Origin: Macrostomum lignano
Taxonomy: Eukaryota
DNA length: 64,000 bases
Direction: 5' to 3'
NCBI GenBank assembly: GCA_002269645.1
Contig: NIVC01000861.1
Coordinates: 124,001 to 188,000 of the forward strand
Made by a program: the position numbers and the translations under genes. Below the pieces are notes generated by a model. It had not been told where the DNA came from, did not search any database, and saw only the letters and a program-made list of their open reading frames with translations. This document shows positions 54,190 to 64,000 of the stretch, piece by piece (position 1 is the first letter of the stretch; every line of letters starts with the position of its first letter).

Positions 54190-55000
54190 AAGCTCTTCGT
54201 GCTGCTGCTGGACGGCATGGGATGCTTTGATCGGACCGCGCCCGATCCCCTCGGCTGATATGGCTTCAACTTCCTGCTGCACAAGACGCATCAGTTGCCG
54301 CCTCGGCGAAAAGCGCCAGAGTCGAGCGTGCAAATGGCTACGCCGACGACCTCGCCCTCGATCTGACGTCGATCTGCCCTGATCGATCTGCCCAGCGCCA
54401 GATATGGACAGGCTGGTCGAGGTGGCATCGAGCGTGTCGGGCTGGTTGTCAACAGGCCGAGATGCTGACTGTGCCGGCTGACATCCTAGCGGACACGACG
54501 TACCGCGGCGCAGACGGGCATACGACTAGGCTCGCACGCTGCCAGCGGTTCAGTTACATGTACCCCACGTGGAGAAAAACCTCGGCGGCGCAGAGGACTT
54601 GCCTGGGCGGCCTTCTGTTCGATCCAAGCCGCCGGCCTCCAGTCCGAAATCCGAAGCGCTGCCCGAATACTGTCGAAACAACGCCGAGACGTGGACGCTG
54701 ACGGCTACGCTGGAGCGGCATTTTGGACTTAGGTCTGCTCCGTGCGGCTTTTCGAGCTGACGCGAGAGCGTCGGGACCGAGGCCCTGTGCGATCGGTGAC
54801 TTCAACTGCATATGGCGGGCCACGTGATCATCCGGGCCGAGAGGGCTACTGCCCCCAACCTGTTCAGGACGTCCTGCTGCTTACCTTGCAGTAGGGCCCG
54901 TTCAGGCGGGGTCAGGCCCGAAATCCTCTGATACGTGGACTGCCTCCTATACGACGCTGGAGCGCCCGACACTGCCGTCCGCTCTCAGGCTCTGCGGTGT
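54190..55000 (+). mobile_element. Decayed RTE-like non-LTR retrotransposon fragment
   Basis: GGCTACGCCGACGACCTCGCCCTC encodes GYADDLAL (RT active site). Downstream are RVGLVVN, a GHVI segment and VQDVLLLTLQ, with frameshifts. Confidence 0.7.
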
Positions 55001-55745
55001 GCTGTAATTCTGCAACCTTTGCATGCGGGGCTGCGTGTTGTGTTGTTGTAAGCCGAAACGAGCTGCAAAAGGCTGTCTGCTATACTATATATATAACACT
55101 GTTCCAAACATCCAGGAGACACAATGTTATTTGCTAAAAAAGTTGATAAAACTTGCGTTCATCAGTACAGTATTTTCTACTTGCAGTAGAAGCAGCGCTA
55201 GTTGAGCCAATAAGAAACTTTTTTTAAACATTGGAAACTTCAGTAATTTACTGTTAAAATAGATAGTCGAGTGCAACCGTATATTTTCTGATTGTGACCT
55301 CCTGTTGAAATCAGAAAAAAAATTCAATTTTTTCAACTTAGAATTTATCTTTCTGCAACCGAAATTTACGCATTTTTACAGTTTACTCAAAATAAATCGA
55401 TAAATACTCGTAGATTTAAAAAGCTTGAGTGGCTAAAATCCCTATTTTCAATCCAGTTGAATCAGCCAGTTGAATCAGACATGAGTATTATAACTGTATA
55501 GTGTAACTATTGTATCAGGAAAAAATTAAAGGCCTGGACAAATTTTGCCTAATTTCGATTTGAAAAAATGTAAATAAGGTAAATCATATCTAGTCACAAC
55601 TTTTTTTTCGTTTTAATAATGTCCGTGGTAATAAAAACATCTAAATTTGGAGCAATGCATTCTAGGCGGCCTTCAAATATAATGTCCAATATATAACTCA
55701 CTCGTACATACAATTAGTCTTCATTCAGTATTATTCATAAGAATT

Positions 55746-58700
55746 TCAATCTTCCGAAAGCAGATTCTCAGGTATGTCGGGCACAGCTTCCGCCCAAGCG
55801 ATCATGTCTGCACTCTCCATTTCAAACTCGGTGAGAAATTTTTTCGCCAGTTTCCACTTCTTCAAAGGGCCATGGACCGTTCCTGGGTTGCTTTTGTCCA
55901 CAAACTTTACCTGTTGGATTTTCAGCTCGGGAAATGGCAGTTCCTGTTTTGAAATAAGATCAGGAAAAAACATAATTGCAGATTTACGGTAATCTTATTG
56001 GGTAGCAACATTTAACTTGAACAAAGAGAAATCAATTGAAACATAAAATATTGAACTTTGACCTTGACCTCAAGTGTTAGACATCCTTCAAGTTAATTAG
56101 GATAGTGAATTTAACCCTTACCCGGCCTAAAACATCATACTCAACTTTTTGTTTTGACCTCAATTTAAGCACTAAACTTTTGAAATTGAAAAAAGAAGGA
56201 TAAAGTTGACCTAAAAAAGAAACAGTGACATTCATAATCGCCATTTTATTCACAAAATGAAGCAGGCTCAAAAATACACAATACTCTCCTCTCCTCTCCT
56301 CTCCTCCATTCCTCTCCTCTCCTCTCCTCTCCTCCATTCCTCTCCTCTCCTCTCCTCTCCTCTCCTCTCCTCTCCTCTCCTCTCCTCTCCTCCATTCCTC
56401 TCCTCTCCTCTCCTCTCCTCTCTCCTTTCCTCTCCTCTCCTCTCCTCTCCTCTCTGTCCTCTCCTCTCCTCTCCTCTCCTCTCCTCTCTCCTCTCCTCTC
56501 CTCTCCTCTCCTCTCCTCTCCTCTCCTCTCTCCTTTCCTCTCCTCTCCTCTCCTCTCCTCTCTGTCCTCTCCTCTCCTCTCCTCTCCTCTCCTCTCCTCT
56601 CCTCTCTGTCCTCTCCTCTCCTCTCCTCTCCTCTCTCCTTTCCTCTCCTCTCCTCTCCTCTCCTCTCTCCTTTCCTCTCCTCTCCTCTCCTCTCCTCTCC
56701 TCTCCTCTCCTCCATTCCTCTCCTCTCCTCCATTCCTCTCCTCTCCTCTCCTCCATTCCTCTCCTCTCCTCCATTCCTCTCCTCTCCTCCATTCCTCTCC
56801 TCTCCTCCATTCCTCTCCTCTCCTCCATTCCTCTCCTCTTCTCTCCTCTCCTCCATTCCTCTCCTCTCCTCCATTCCTCTCCTCTTCTCTCCTCTCCTCC
56901 ATTCCTCTCCTCTCCTCCATTCCTCTCCTCTCCTCCATTCCTCTCCTCTCCTCCATTCCTCTCCTCCATTCCTCTCCTCTATTCCTCTCCTCTCCTCGCC
57001 TCCATTCCTCTCCTGCCAGACTCCTCCATTCCTCTTCTCTCCTCCCTTTCTCTCCTCTCCACTATCCCCACCTCTCCTCTCCTCTCCTCTCCACTCTTCT
57101 CCTCTCCTCTTCTTTCTCATTTCCTCTCCTCTCCTCTCCACTCTTCTCTTCCTCTCCTTTCCTCTTCTCTCCTCTCTGCTCTCTTCTCTTCTCTCCTTCC
57201 CTATCCTCTCTCCGTTCTTTCCTCTCCTATTCAATACTCATCTCCTCTTGTTTCCTCCTCTCCTTTATTTTCTGATTCTTGTCTAGTTCTTTTCTCCCTT
57301 TTCTCTTTTCCATTCTCTTTCCACTCTTCGCTCCCTAGAGCAACGCCTTTGGTGGCATCATCTGACTGTCTTACAGCCCTTGACTTTCTAATCATGAAAC
57401 ATGTGTAACAAAAGATTTCGAGCTAGCAAAAGCGGCCCCCAAATGCCGACCGAATCACCACCAACCTTAAATCGGCACAGATTGGCCACGTGATTGCCGC
57501 ACCGGCAGAGCAGGGCCACGCCAAGCGCAGTGAAGTTTGTGAAACTCTTGCTAGCAGATTGCTTTTTAGGCGTCAGCCGGTCAGTCAGCAGTTCAGCGTC
57601 CAGAGCCAGATGATGGCAGTCTTGAGCGATGCGCAGTTTGTCACTGCTGGTGAGCACTCTGTCGCAGCCCACGCATTCAATGCTGAACACGGTGCCCCGA
57701 TTCGCGTCGGCTTGAGCGGCGCGAATCTGGCGCTGTTGGCGAGCCTCTTGGCGTAACAAAGTTTGCTCTTGTTGAACCTGCCGTGTAGTTTGATTTTTAT
57801 TTCATTTTAAGGATCAATTTTAACTTGGATAGTTGAAAAATTCTGAGAACAGCTAAGAGTCCCAATAAGACCTGAGATACGAGGGATTCATCATTGAGCC
57901 TTGGCAACTGAGAAATTCCACCAAGTAGCATGGGCATCTGAGAAATTCCCCACATGGAGCCTCGGCACCTGAGAAATTCCCCTATGGAGCCTCGGCATCT
58001 GAGAAATTCCCCCAAGTAGCCTTGGCATCGGAGAAATTCCCCCATGGAGCCTCGGCATTGGAGAAATTCCCCCAAGCAGCCTCGGCATCGGAGAAATTCC
58101 CCCAAGCAGCCTCGGCATCGGAGAAATTCTCCGAAAGCAGCTTCGGCATCTGAGAAATTCCCCCAAGCAGCCTCGGCATCTGAGAAATTCCCTCATGGAG
58201 CCTCGGCATCTGAGAAATTCCCCTATGGAGCCTCGGCATCTGAGAAATTCCCCCATGGAGCCTCGGAATCTAAGAAATCCCCCCATGGAGCCTCGGCATC
58301 GGAGAAATTCCCCCAAGCAGCCTCGGCATCGGAGAAATTCCCCCATGGAGCCTCGGCATCTGAGAAATTCCGCCAAGAAGTCTTAGTTTCTGAGAAATCC
58401 CCCCCCCAATAGAGCCTTGGCATCTGAGAAATCCCCCCCCCCCAATAGAGCCTTGGCATCTTAGAAATCCCCCCCAATAGAGCCTTGGCATCTGAGAAAT
58501 CCCCCCCCCAATAGAGCCTTGGCATCTGAGAAATCCCCCCCCCCCAATAGAGCCTTGGCATCTGAGAAATTCCAATGCCACAAACCTTGGCAACGAACTG
58601 TTCATCAGTTAATTGGCCTAATCGAGCCACAGCCTCCGTCATCATCGCATCCCTAGACTGGTTAAGTCGCTCCTTATCGCCCAGCCAGTTCATCTCGTCC

Positions 58701-58915
58701 GGCACGATCACGTGATACACGCTGCCCTCGGCCCGGCCCCGGCCCCGGCTTTGCACCATGGCGATTTCGTTGGTCACGTGACAGAAACGGATAACAGCGT
58801 TGCACTTTTGCACGTCGAGGCCCTCCTCTGTGACGCTAGTGCTGATGAGGATTTGCACCTTGCCCTTGCGGAACTGGCTGAGCAATTCCGATTGGCTTGT
58901 TTGGGTGATGCCGCC
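55746..58915 (-). CDS. RIG-I-like receptor (MDA5/LGP2-like DExD/H helicase), last three exons 58915-58586, 57777-57466, 55943-55746; 5' part lies beyond the Gypsy insertion/window
   Basis: Helicase motifs ILISTSVTEEGLDVQKCNAVIR and NEIAMVQSRGRGRA; CTD zinc ligands CVGC and LLCRCG; LPFPELKI..KKW. Phase-0 GT-AG junctions. Confidence 0.88.
56284..57200. repeat. (CTCCT)n pentanucleotide-based array in RLR intron
   Basis: Pyrimidine-only 5-bp periodicity with CCATT variants. Confidence 0.95.
57895..58572. repeat. 30-bp minisatellite (GGAGCCTCGGCATCTGAGAAATTCCCCCAT) in RLR intron
   Basis: Period 30. Confidence 0.93.
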
Positions 58916-58957
58916 CTGGAGTGACGGTGGCGGCTAGTGAGCTGGCGTCTCCCCGAT

Positions 58958-59386
58958 AGTCTCACCATTGCCCCCTACTGTCTCAGCATTGCCCCCCTAC
59001 TGTCTCACCATTGCCCCCTACTGTCTCACCATTGCCCCCTACTGTCTCAGCATTGCCCCCTACTGTCTCACCATTGCCCCCTACTGTCTCACCATAGCTC
59101 CCTACTGTCTCACCATTGCCCCCTACTGTCTCACCATTGCCCCCTACTGTCTCACCATAGCTCCCTACTGTCTCACCATTGCCCCCTACTGTCTCACCAT
59201 AGCTCCCTACTGTCTCACCATTGCCCCCTACTGTCTCACCATAGCTCCCTACTGTCTCACCATTGCCCCCTACTGTCTCACCATTGCCCCCTACTGTCTC
59301 ACCATAGCTCCCTACTGTCTCACCATTGCCCCCTACTGTCTCACCATTGCCCCCCACTGTCTCACCATAGCTCCCTACTGTCTCAT
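58958..59386. repeat. 21-bp minisatellite (CATTGCCCCCTACTGTCTCAC), continuing at 63885-63950 beyond the Gypsy element
   Basis: Period 21; the same unit flanks both LTRs. Confidence 0.93.
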
Positions 59387-59639
59387 TGTGATAACTTTGT
59401 TAAGCGAGGCAGAAGTGTGGAATTGCAGGAGTGAGTAAAAGGTGCTCGCTTGAGAGCTAGGCTGTTAACATTTATTATTTAGCACTGAGGTGGTGGGTGC
59501 AGACAGATTCAAACGCGCGCATGGGGTGGGGTGGAATAAAATACAATCTCTAAGCCGATCAATAACAACTCCACTGCTAGTGAGTCAACACTACAGTGCA
59601 TGCAACCTATAGCAAAGTTCATCGTGTCACTATGTCACA
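59387..59639 (-). repeat. 3' LTR of Gypsy element
   Basis: TGTGA...TCACA termini; minus-strand AATAAA at 59471-59476. Confidence 0.95.
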
Positions 59640-59661
59640 TCTCCCCCCTAAGTTAACGCCC

Positions 59662-62600
59662 TCACTGCAGCATCAATCTGTCAGGTGGTGCTCGAACTCG
59701 AGTCGGGTAGCGCCGGGGTGCCTCGTTAGCAGAGTCAGCCGTGTCTGCCTGCGGCGAGGCTGGCGTGCCGCCAGCGTCAGGTGCCGCGCAGTCCTCGGCC
59801 GGGGTTGTGCTGCTATTCGACTCGGCCAACCCAGCAGGAGCCGTCAGCAGCTGGTCAGCGTGTCGCGCTTGTAAGCCGCGCCCAGAATCGACTGTGCAGT
59901 TGCGAGTGCCGGCATTGACAATGACACCTTCGGCCCAGCGGCTACTTTCTCCTGCACGAGCAGCAGTGCTGAAATCGCGGTAGAGCACACGATCTCCAGG
60001 CTGGAACTGGCGCGCTGGCCGCTGCTGCTGAAGCTGATGCTGCTGTCGCTGTTGCATGGCCGAAGTCAACGATGGTGTCAGGAGGTCCAGCCGGCTGCGC
60101 AGCCGGCGGCCAATGAGCAGCTGACTCGGCGCGGTGCCACTGACGCTGTGCGGAGTGTTGCGATAGGCCATCAGCAGTCGTTGAAGTTGCGCGTCGGAGT
60201 GACCGCACTTACTCAGATGCCGCTTCAGCACCTGGACGAAGCGCTCGGCCTGGCCGTTGGTCGCCGGGTGGAATGGCGCCGAGAAGATGTGCCGGATGCC
60301 GTTGGAACTGACGAACTCAGCGAACTCGGCCGAAGCGAATTGTGGCCCGTTGTCCGACACCAAGCTTCTCGGTAGGCCGAGACGAGCGAAGATTTCTCGC
60401 AGACAGCTGATCGTCGCAGTTGCAGTGGTGCTGCTCACCCTGTGCACCTCTGGCCACTTACTGTGCGCGTCGACCAGGACCAGGTAAGTGCGGCCGTCCA
60501 CAGGTCCCGCGTAGTCGATGTGCAACCGCTCCCATGGCTCAGTCGGGAATGGCCAGGGCTGCACCGGGGCCTTGGATGGATCCGCCTGATTGAGCTGGCA
60601 GGTGCGACAGGCTTTTACTGCGGCTTCCAGGTCTTTGTCGATACTTGGCCACCAGACGTAGCTTCTCGCGAGGGCGCGCATGCGGCTGATGCCAGGGTGG
60701 GCTTGGTGCAGCTCGTTCAACACTTGTTGTCGCAAGGCGGTTGGCACCACAACTCGAGCGCCCCACAGCACGCAGCCCTGGTCAATGGACAGCTCGCTCT
60801 GGCGCCTGGCGAAGTCGGTCAGGTCGGCGCAGATGGTCGAACCCGTCTGCAGACAGCGCAGCACGCGCCCTAGCACCGCATCCGTCCTGGTAAGCCGCGC
60901 CACCGTCGCTGCAGTGGCGGCCGAACCTGCGCCCTCGTCGATCAGCAGCGAGTTAACCGCTGTCTCCTCCTCGAACTGCTGCGGCAATGGCAGCCGGGAC
61001 AGCGAGTCGCAGTTGGCGTGCTTCTCCGTCGGCCGAAACTCGAGCGTATAGTCATAGCTCGCCAGCCGGATCGCCCACCGCTGCATGCGGGCTGCAGCGT
61101 GTGCCGGGATGCCTTTCCGCTCGCCCAGTAGCCCGAGTAGCGGCAGGTGATCAGTGACTATCGTGAATCTCCGGCCGTAGAGGAATTGATGGAAGCGGTG
61201 CAGCCCGAACATTATGGCCAGCGCTTCCTTGTCGAGCTGCGAGTAGCCCCGCTGTGCTGCGTTCAGGGTGCGGCTAGCGAATGCCACTGCGCAGTCTTTG
61301 TTGTCGATGCGATGGGACAACACCACACCCACTCCGTATGGTGAAGCGTCACACTCGAGCCGCAGCGGCAGATCCGGATTGTAATGCACCAGCACAGGTG
61401 AATGGAGCAGCAGACGCTTAGCTTCGCTGAAGGCGGTTTGCTGCGGCTTGTCCCACGTCCAACGAACGTCCTTGGCCAGCAGCTGATTGAGCGGCGCCAC
61501 TACGGTGGACAGGTTAGGCAGGAACCGGCCGTACTGAGTCAGCATGCCGAGGAACGAGCGCAGCTGGCTGATATCCTTCGGCGCTGGGGCGTCTTGAATT
61601 GCGGCCACCCTGTCCGTCAGCGGGCTGAGTCCACATGCGTCAATGCGGTAACCCAGATACTCGACAGAGTCCATGAAGAACTGGCTCTTTTGCTTGTTCA
61701 GCCTGAGTCCCGAATCAAGAAGGCGCTGCAGAACTTTTTCCAGGTTTTTCTTATGTTGGTGCATCGTCTTGCCGGTGACCAGGATGTCATCGACAAACAC
61801 CTGGACAGAGTCGAGATCTCCTAGCAGAGTGTCCAGTGTCCGTTGGAAGATCGCAGTGGCGCACTTGATCCCAAAAGGCATGCGATTGAACTGGTAGAGT
61901 CCCTTCGGCGTGTTGATCGTGACGAAGGCTTTGCTGTCTTCGGCGAGCGGAAGCTGCAGGAAGGCATTGGACAGATCGAGTTTTGTCCACTTGCAGCCGC
62001 CTCCCAGCTTGGCAAACAGGTCCTCGATCTTGGGCAGAGGGTACTGCTCGGTCAGGCACGCCGGGTTGAAAGTTTGCGTATAATCACCGCAAATCCTGAC
62101 GCCGCCATCCTTCTTGACCACCGGAACGATCGGAGAGGCCCAGTCGCTGTGCTTAACCGCCGAAATGATGCCGTTGGCCTCCAGTCTCTGCAGCTCCTCG
62201 TCCACGCGCTCTCGTAGTGCATACGGAACCGGGCGGGCTTTAAAGAACCGAGGTTGGGCACCGTCGACGACGTTGAGCCGCACTTTACCGTGTCGATATT
62301 CGCCAAGTCGGTCCTCGAACACCGCAGCAAATCTCTCATGCAGGTCGCTGATGTCGCTATCGGTCGACACGGCGTGCACCTGGGCCATAATTGTCGGCCA
62401 GTCCAGCCGAAGGTGAGCCAGCCAGTCTCGTCCCAGCAGTGCCGTGTCTCCTTTGTCGACTACAAGCAGCGTTAGCTGTAGCTGCTGGGCGTTGTGCTGG
62501 ACGCAGACTGTGGCTTGGCCTCGCGGATGAAAGCGTTCATTGGTGAAGGTTCGCAGCACTGCAGCCGATGGAGCCAGTTGTAGCTGAGGGAGTAACTTTT

Positions 62601-63631
62601 GCTGCAGCTGCTGCGGCATCAGCGTGACTGCAGAGCCGGTGTCGATGACAAACTGGCATTCCTGGCCGTTGACGAGCAGCATGACTGTCGGTCCAACGTT
62701 TCTGCCTGTTGGTCGGACTGCGAAGATGGGCACCTGGGTGCCACACGCGCCTTCGACAGTAGGTGCCATCCGCTCCTCTTGCAGCATGTGTAGCTTGGCC
62801 TGCTTGGTGGACTGGCAGACCTTGCGGATATGGCCGACCTTGCCGCATGCATGGCACTTGGCGTCCCTGAACTTGCATGAATGACGCTCGTGGGAACCGC
62901 CACAGCTTTTGCATGAGCTGCCACCGCCACCGTTGCCGCTGCCGTTGCCGCTGCCGTTGCCGCTGCCGTTGCCGCTGCCGTTGCCGCTGCCGCCGTTGCC
63001 GCTGCCCCCGTTGTCGCTGCCGCTGACCCGATGCCCTCTGTGGTGCGCTGAAGGTGTCACCTGCTTGCGGCTACCTCTCTTGCTGACAAATTGCAGATTG
63101 GCAACAGACTCCGATGCCCTTTGTGACATCTCCAGGGACGAACGCTCTGCAGACTCCAGCGACATAGCCTTTGTTTGCAGGGATTCGAAAGTCGGCTCAA
63201 CGACTTCCAGCAGCTTGGCTCGATAGGCGTCGCTTCGAAGGCCGAACACGAGTTGGTCTCGGAGCCGCTCATTTAGCGACTCACCGAAGTTGCAGTCAGC
63301 TGACAGAGCCTGGAGCCCCGCGATGAATGCCGTGAAGCTCTCGCCTTCGTTGTTGGAAACGGAACCTCGCAGCTAGCTCCGAAGGCTTGGGTGCGAAGTG
63401 CGTTGTCAGCAGCTTCTTCAGGTCAGCGTAAGACTTCTGCGCCACTTGGACCGGCTGGCACAGACTCCGCAGTGTGATGTAAGCCTCCTCTCCAATCGAC
63501 GTGATCAGAGTTGCCACTTTTGCCTCATCCTTCACCTCCTTGCAGATGAAGTACTGCTCGAGACGCTCTAGGAAGATCTCGATGTTTGTAGATGGTAGCA
63601 GTTGGCCCAGCGTGGGCAGACTCGTCGCCAT
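59662..63631 (-). CDS. Gypsy gag-pol, split by one frameshift near 63350 (ORFs 63631-63296 and 63249-59662)
   Basis: Gag with two zinc knuckles (CKSCGGSHERHSC, CHACGKVGHIRKVC); protease IDTGS; RT LDL..AF..L and FVDD; RNase H ECDASPYG; integrase H-H-C-C, HIDYAGP, SDNG and GQAERF. Order is PR-RT-RH-IN. Confidence 0.93.
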
Positions 63632-63884
63632 TGTGATAACTTTGTTAAGCGAGGCAGAAGTGTGGAATTGCAGGAGTGAGTAAAAGGTGCTCGCTTGAGA
63701 GCTAGGCTGTTAACATTTATTATTTAGCACTGAGGTGGTGGGTGCAGACAGATTCAAACGCGCGCATGGGGTGGGGTGGAATAAAATACAATCTCTAAGC
63801 CGATCAATAACAACTCCACTGCTAGTGAGTCAACACTACAGTGCATGCAACCTATAGCAAAGTTCATCGTGTCACTATGTCACA
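63632..63884 (-). repeat. 5' LTR of Gypsy element
   Basis: Matches 59387-59639. Confidence 0.95.
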
Positions 63885-64000
63885 CTCATCATGCCCCCTA
63901 CTGTCTCATCATGCCCCCCTACTGTCTAGGGGGGGGGGGCAATGATGAGACATTGCCTTCAAAAACTTCAAATAAACTTCAAAACTATGAAATTAAATAG

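Larger units (their letters stand above)
59387..63884 (-). mobile_element. Full-length Ty3/Gypsy LTR retrotransposon (Mag/K02A2.6-like), 4498 bp
   Basis: Two 253-bp TG...CA LTRs (59387-59639, 63632-63884), identical by eye; 5-bp TSD CTCAT; PBS TGGCGACGAG after the 5' LTR; PPT TTAGGGGGGAG before the 3' LTR. Confidence 0.97.

Noticed and set aside
56077-57408. ERRGE / SSPLL repetitive ORFs
   Set aside because: They come from a (CTCCT)n array inside an RLR intron.
59596-63683. Numerous plus-strand ORFs over the Gypsy element
   Set aside because: They are antisense shadows of a GC-rich pol. The same applies to 19147-19650, 43208-43516 and 48518-48802 opposite host exons.

Overview
This is eukaryotic (animal) genomic DNA. 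Its style (GC-rich exons, introns filled with private minisatellites, RTE/Gypsy/hAT relics) suggests a free-living flatworm such as Macrostomum; that assignment is inference. Eight intron-containing or single-exon host genes can be rebuilt from splice sites and homology. On the + strand these are a 5'-truncated peptide-type GPCR (3-2431), a neuromedin U/PRXamide-type GPCR (4944-19620), and a co-oriented run of KAT7-like MYST acetyltransferase, SDHAF3, ELP5 and mitochondrial EF-Ts. On the - strand they are CHMP5 and the last three exons of an MDA5/LGP2-like RIG-I-like receptor. Mobile DNA includes a young Gypsy element (identical-looking 253-bp LTRs, 5-bp TSD, one gag frameshift), a 3.3-kb hAT element with TIRs and a perfect 8-bp TSD, two MITEs with 8-bp TSDs, a tRNA-derived CORE-SINE, and RTE, P-like and piggyBac-like relics. 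About 30 tandem arrays are present, and most long ORFs in the supplied track are artefacts of them. The most interesting observations are: (1) two decayed copies of the 28S rDNA R2/Pokey/I-PpoI target segment in an AT-rich transposon graveyard, one with a MITE inserted on the target itself; (2) an operon-like housekeeping cluster with splice acceptors just upstream of the start codons, where SDHAF3 may take its start codon from the flatworm spliced leader; (3) one 28-bp minisatellite shared in inverted orientation by the KAT7 and TSFM introns; (4) a recent same-strand Gypsy insertion in an intron of an antiviral RNA sensor.
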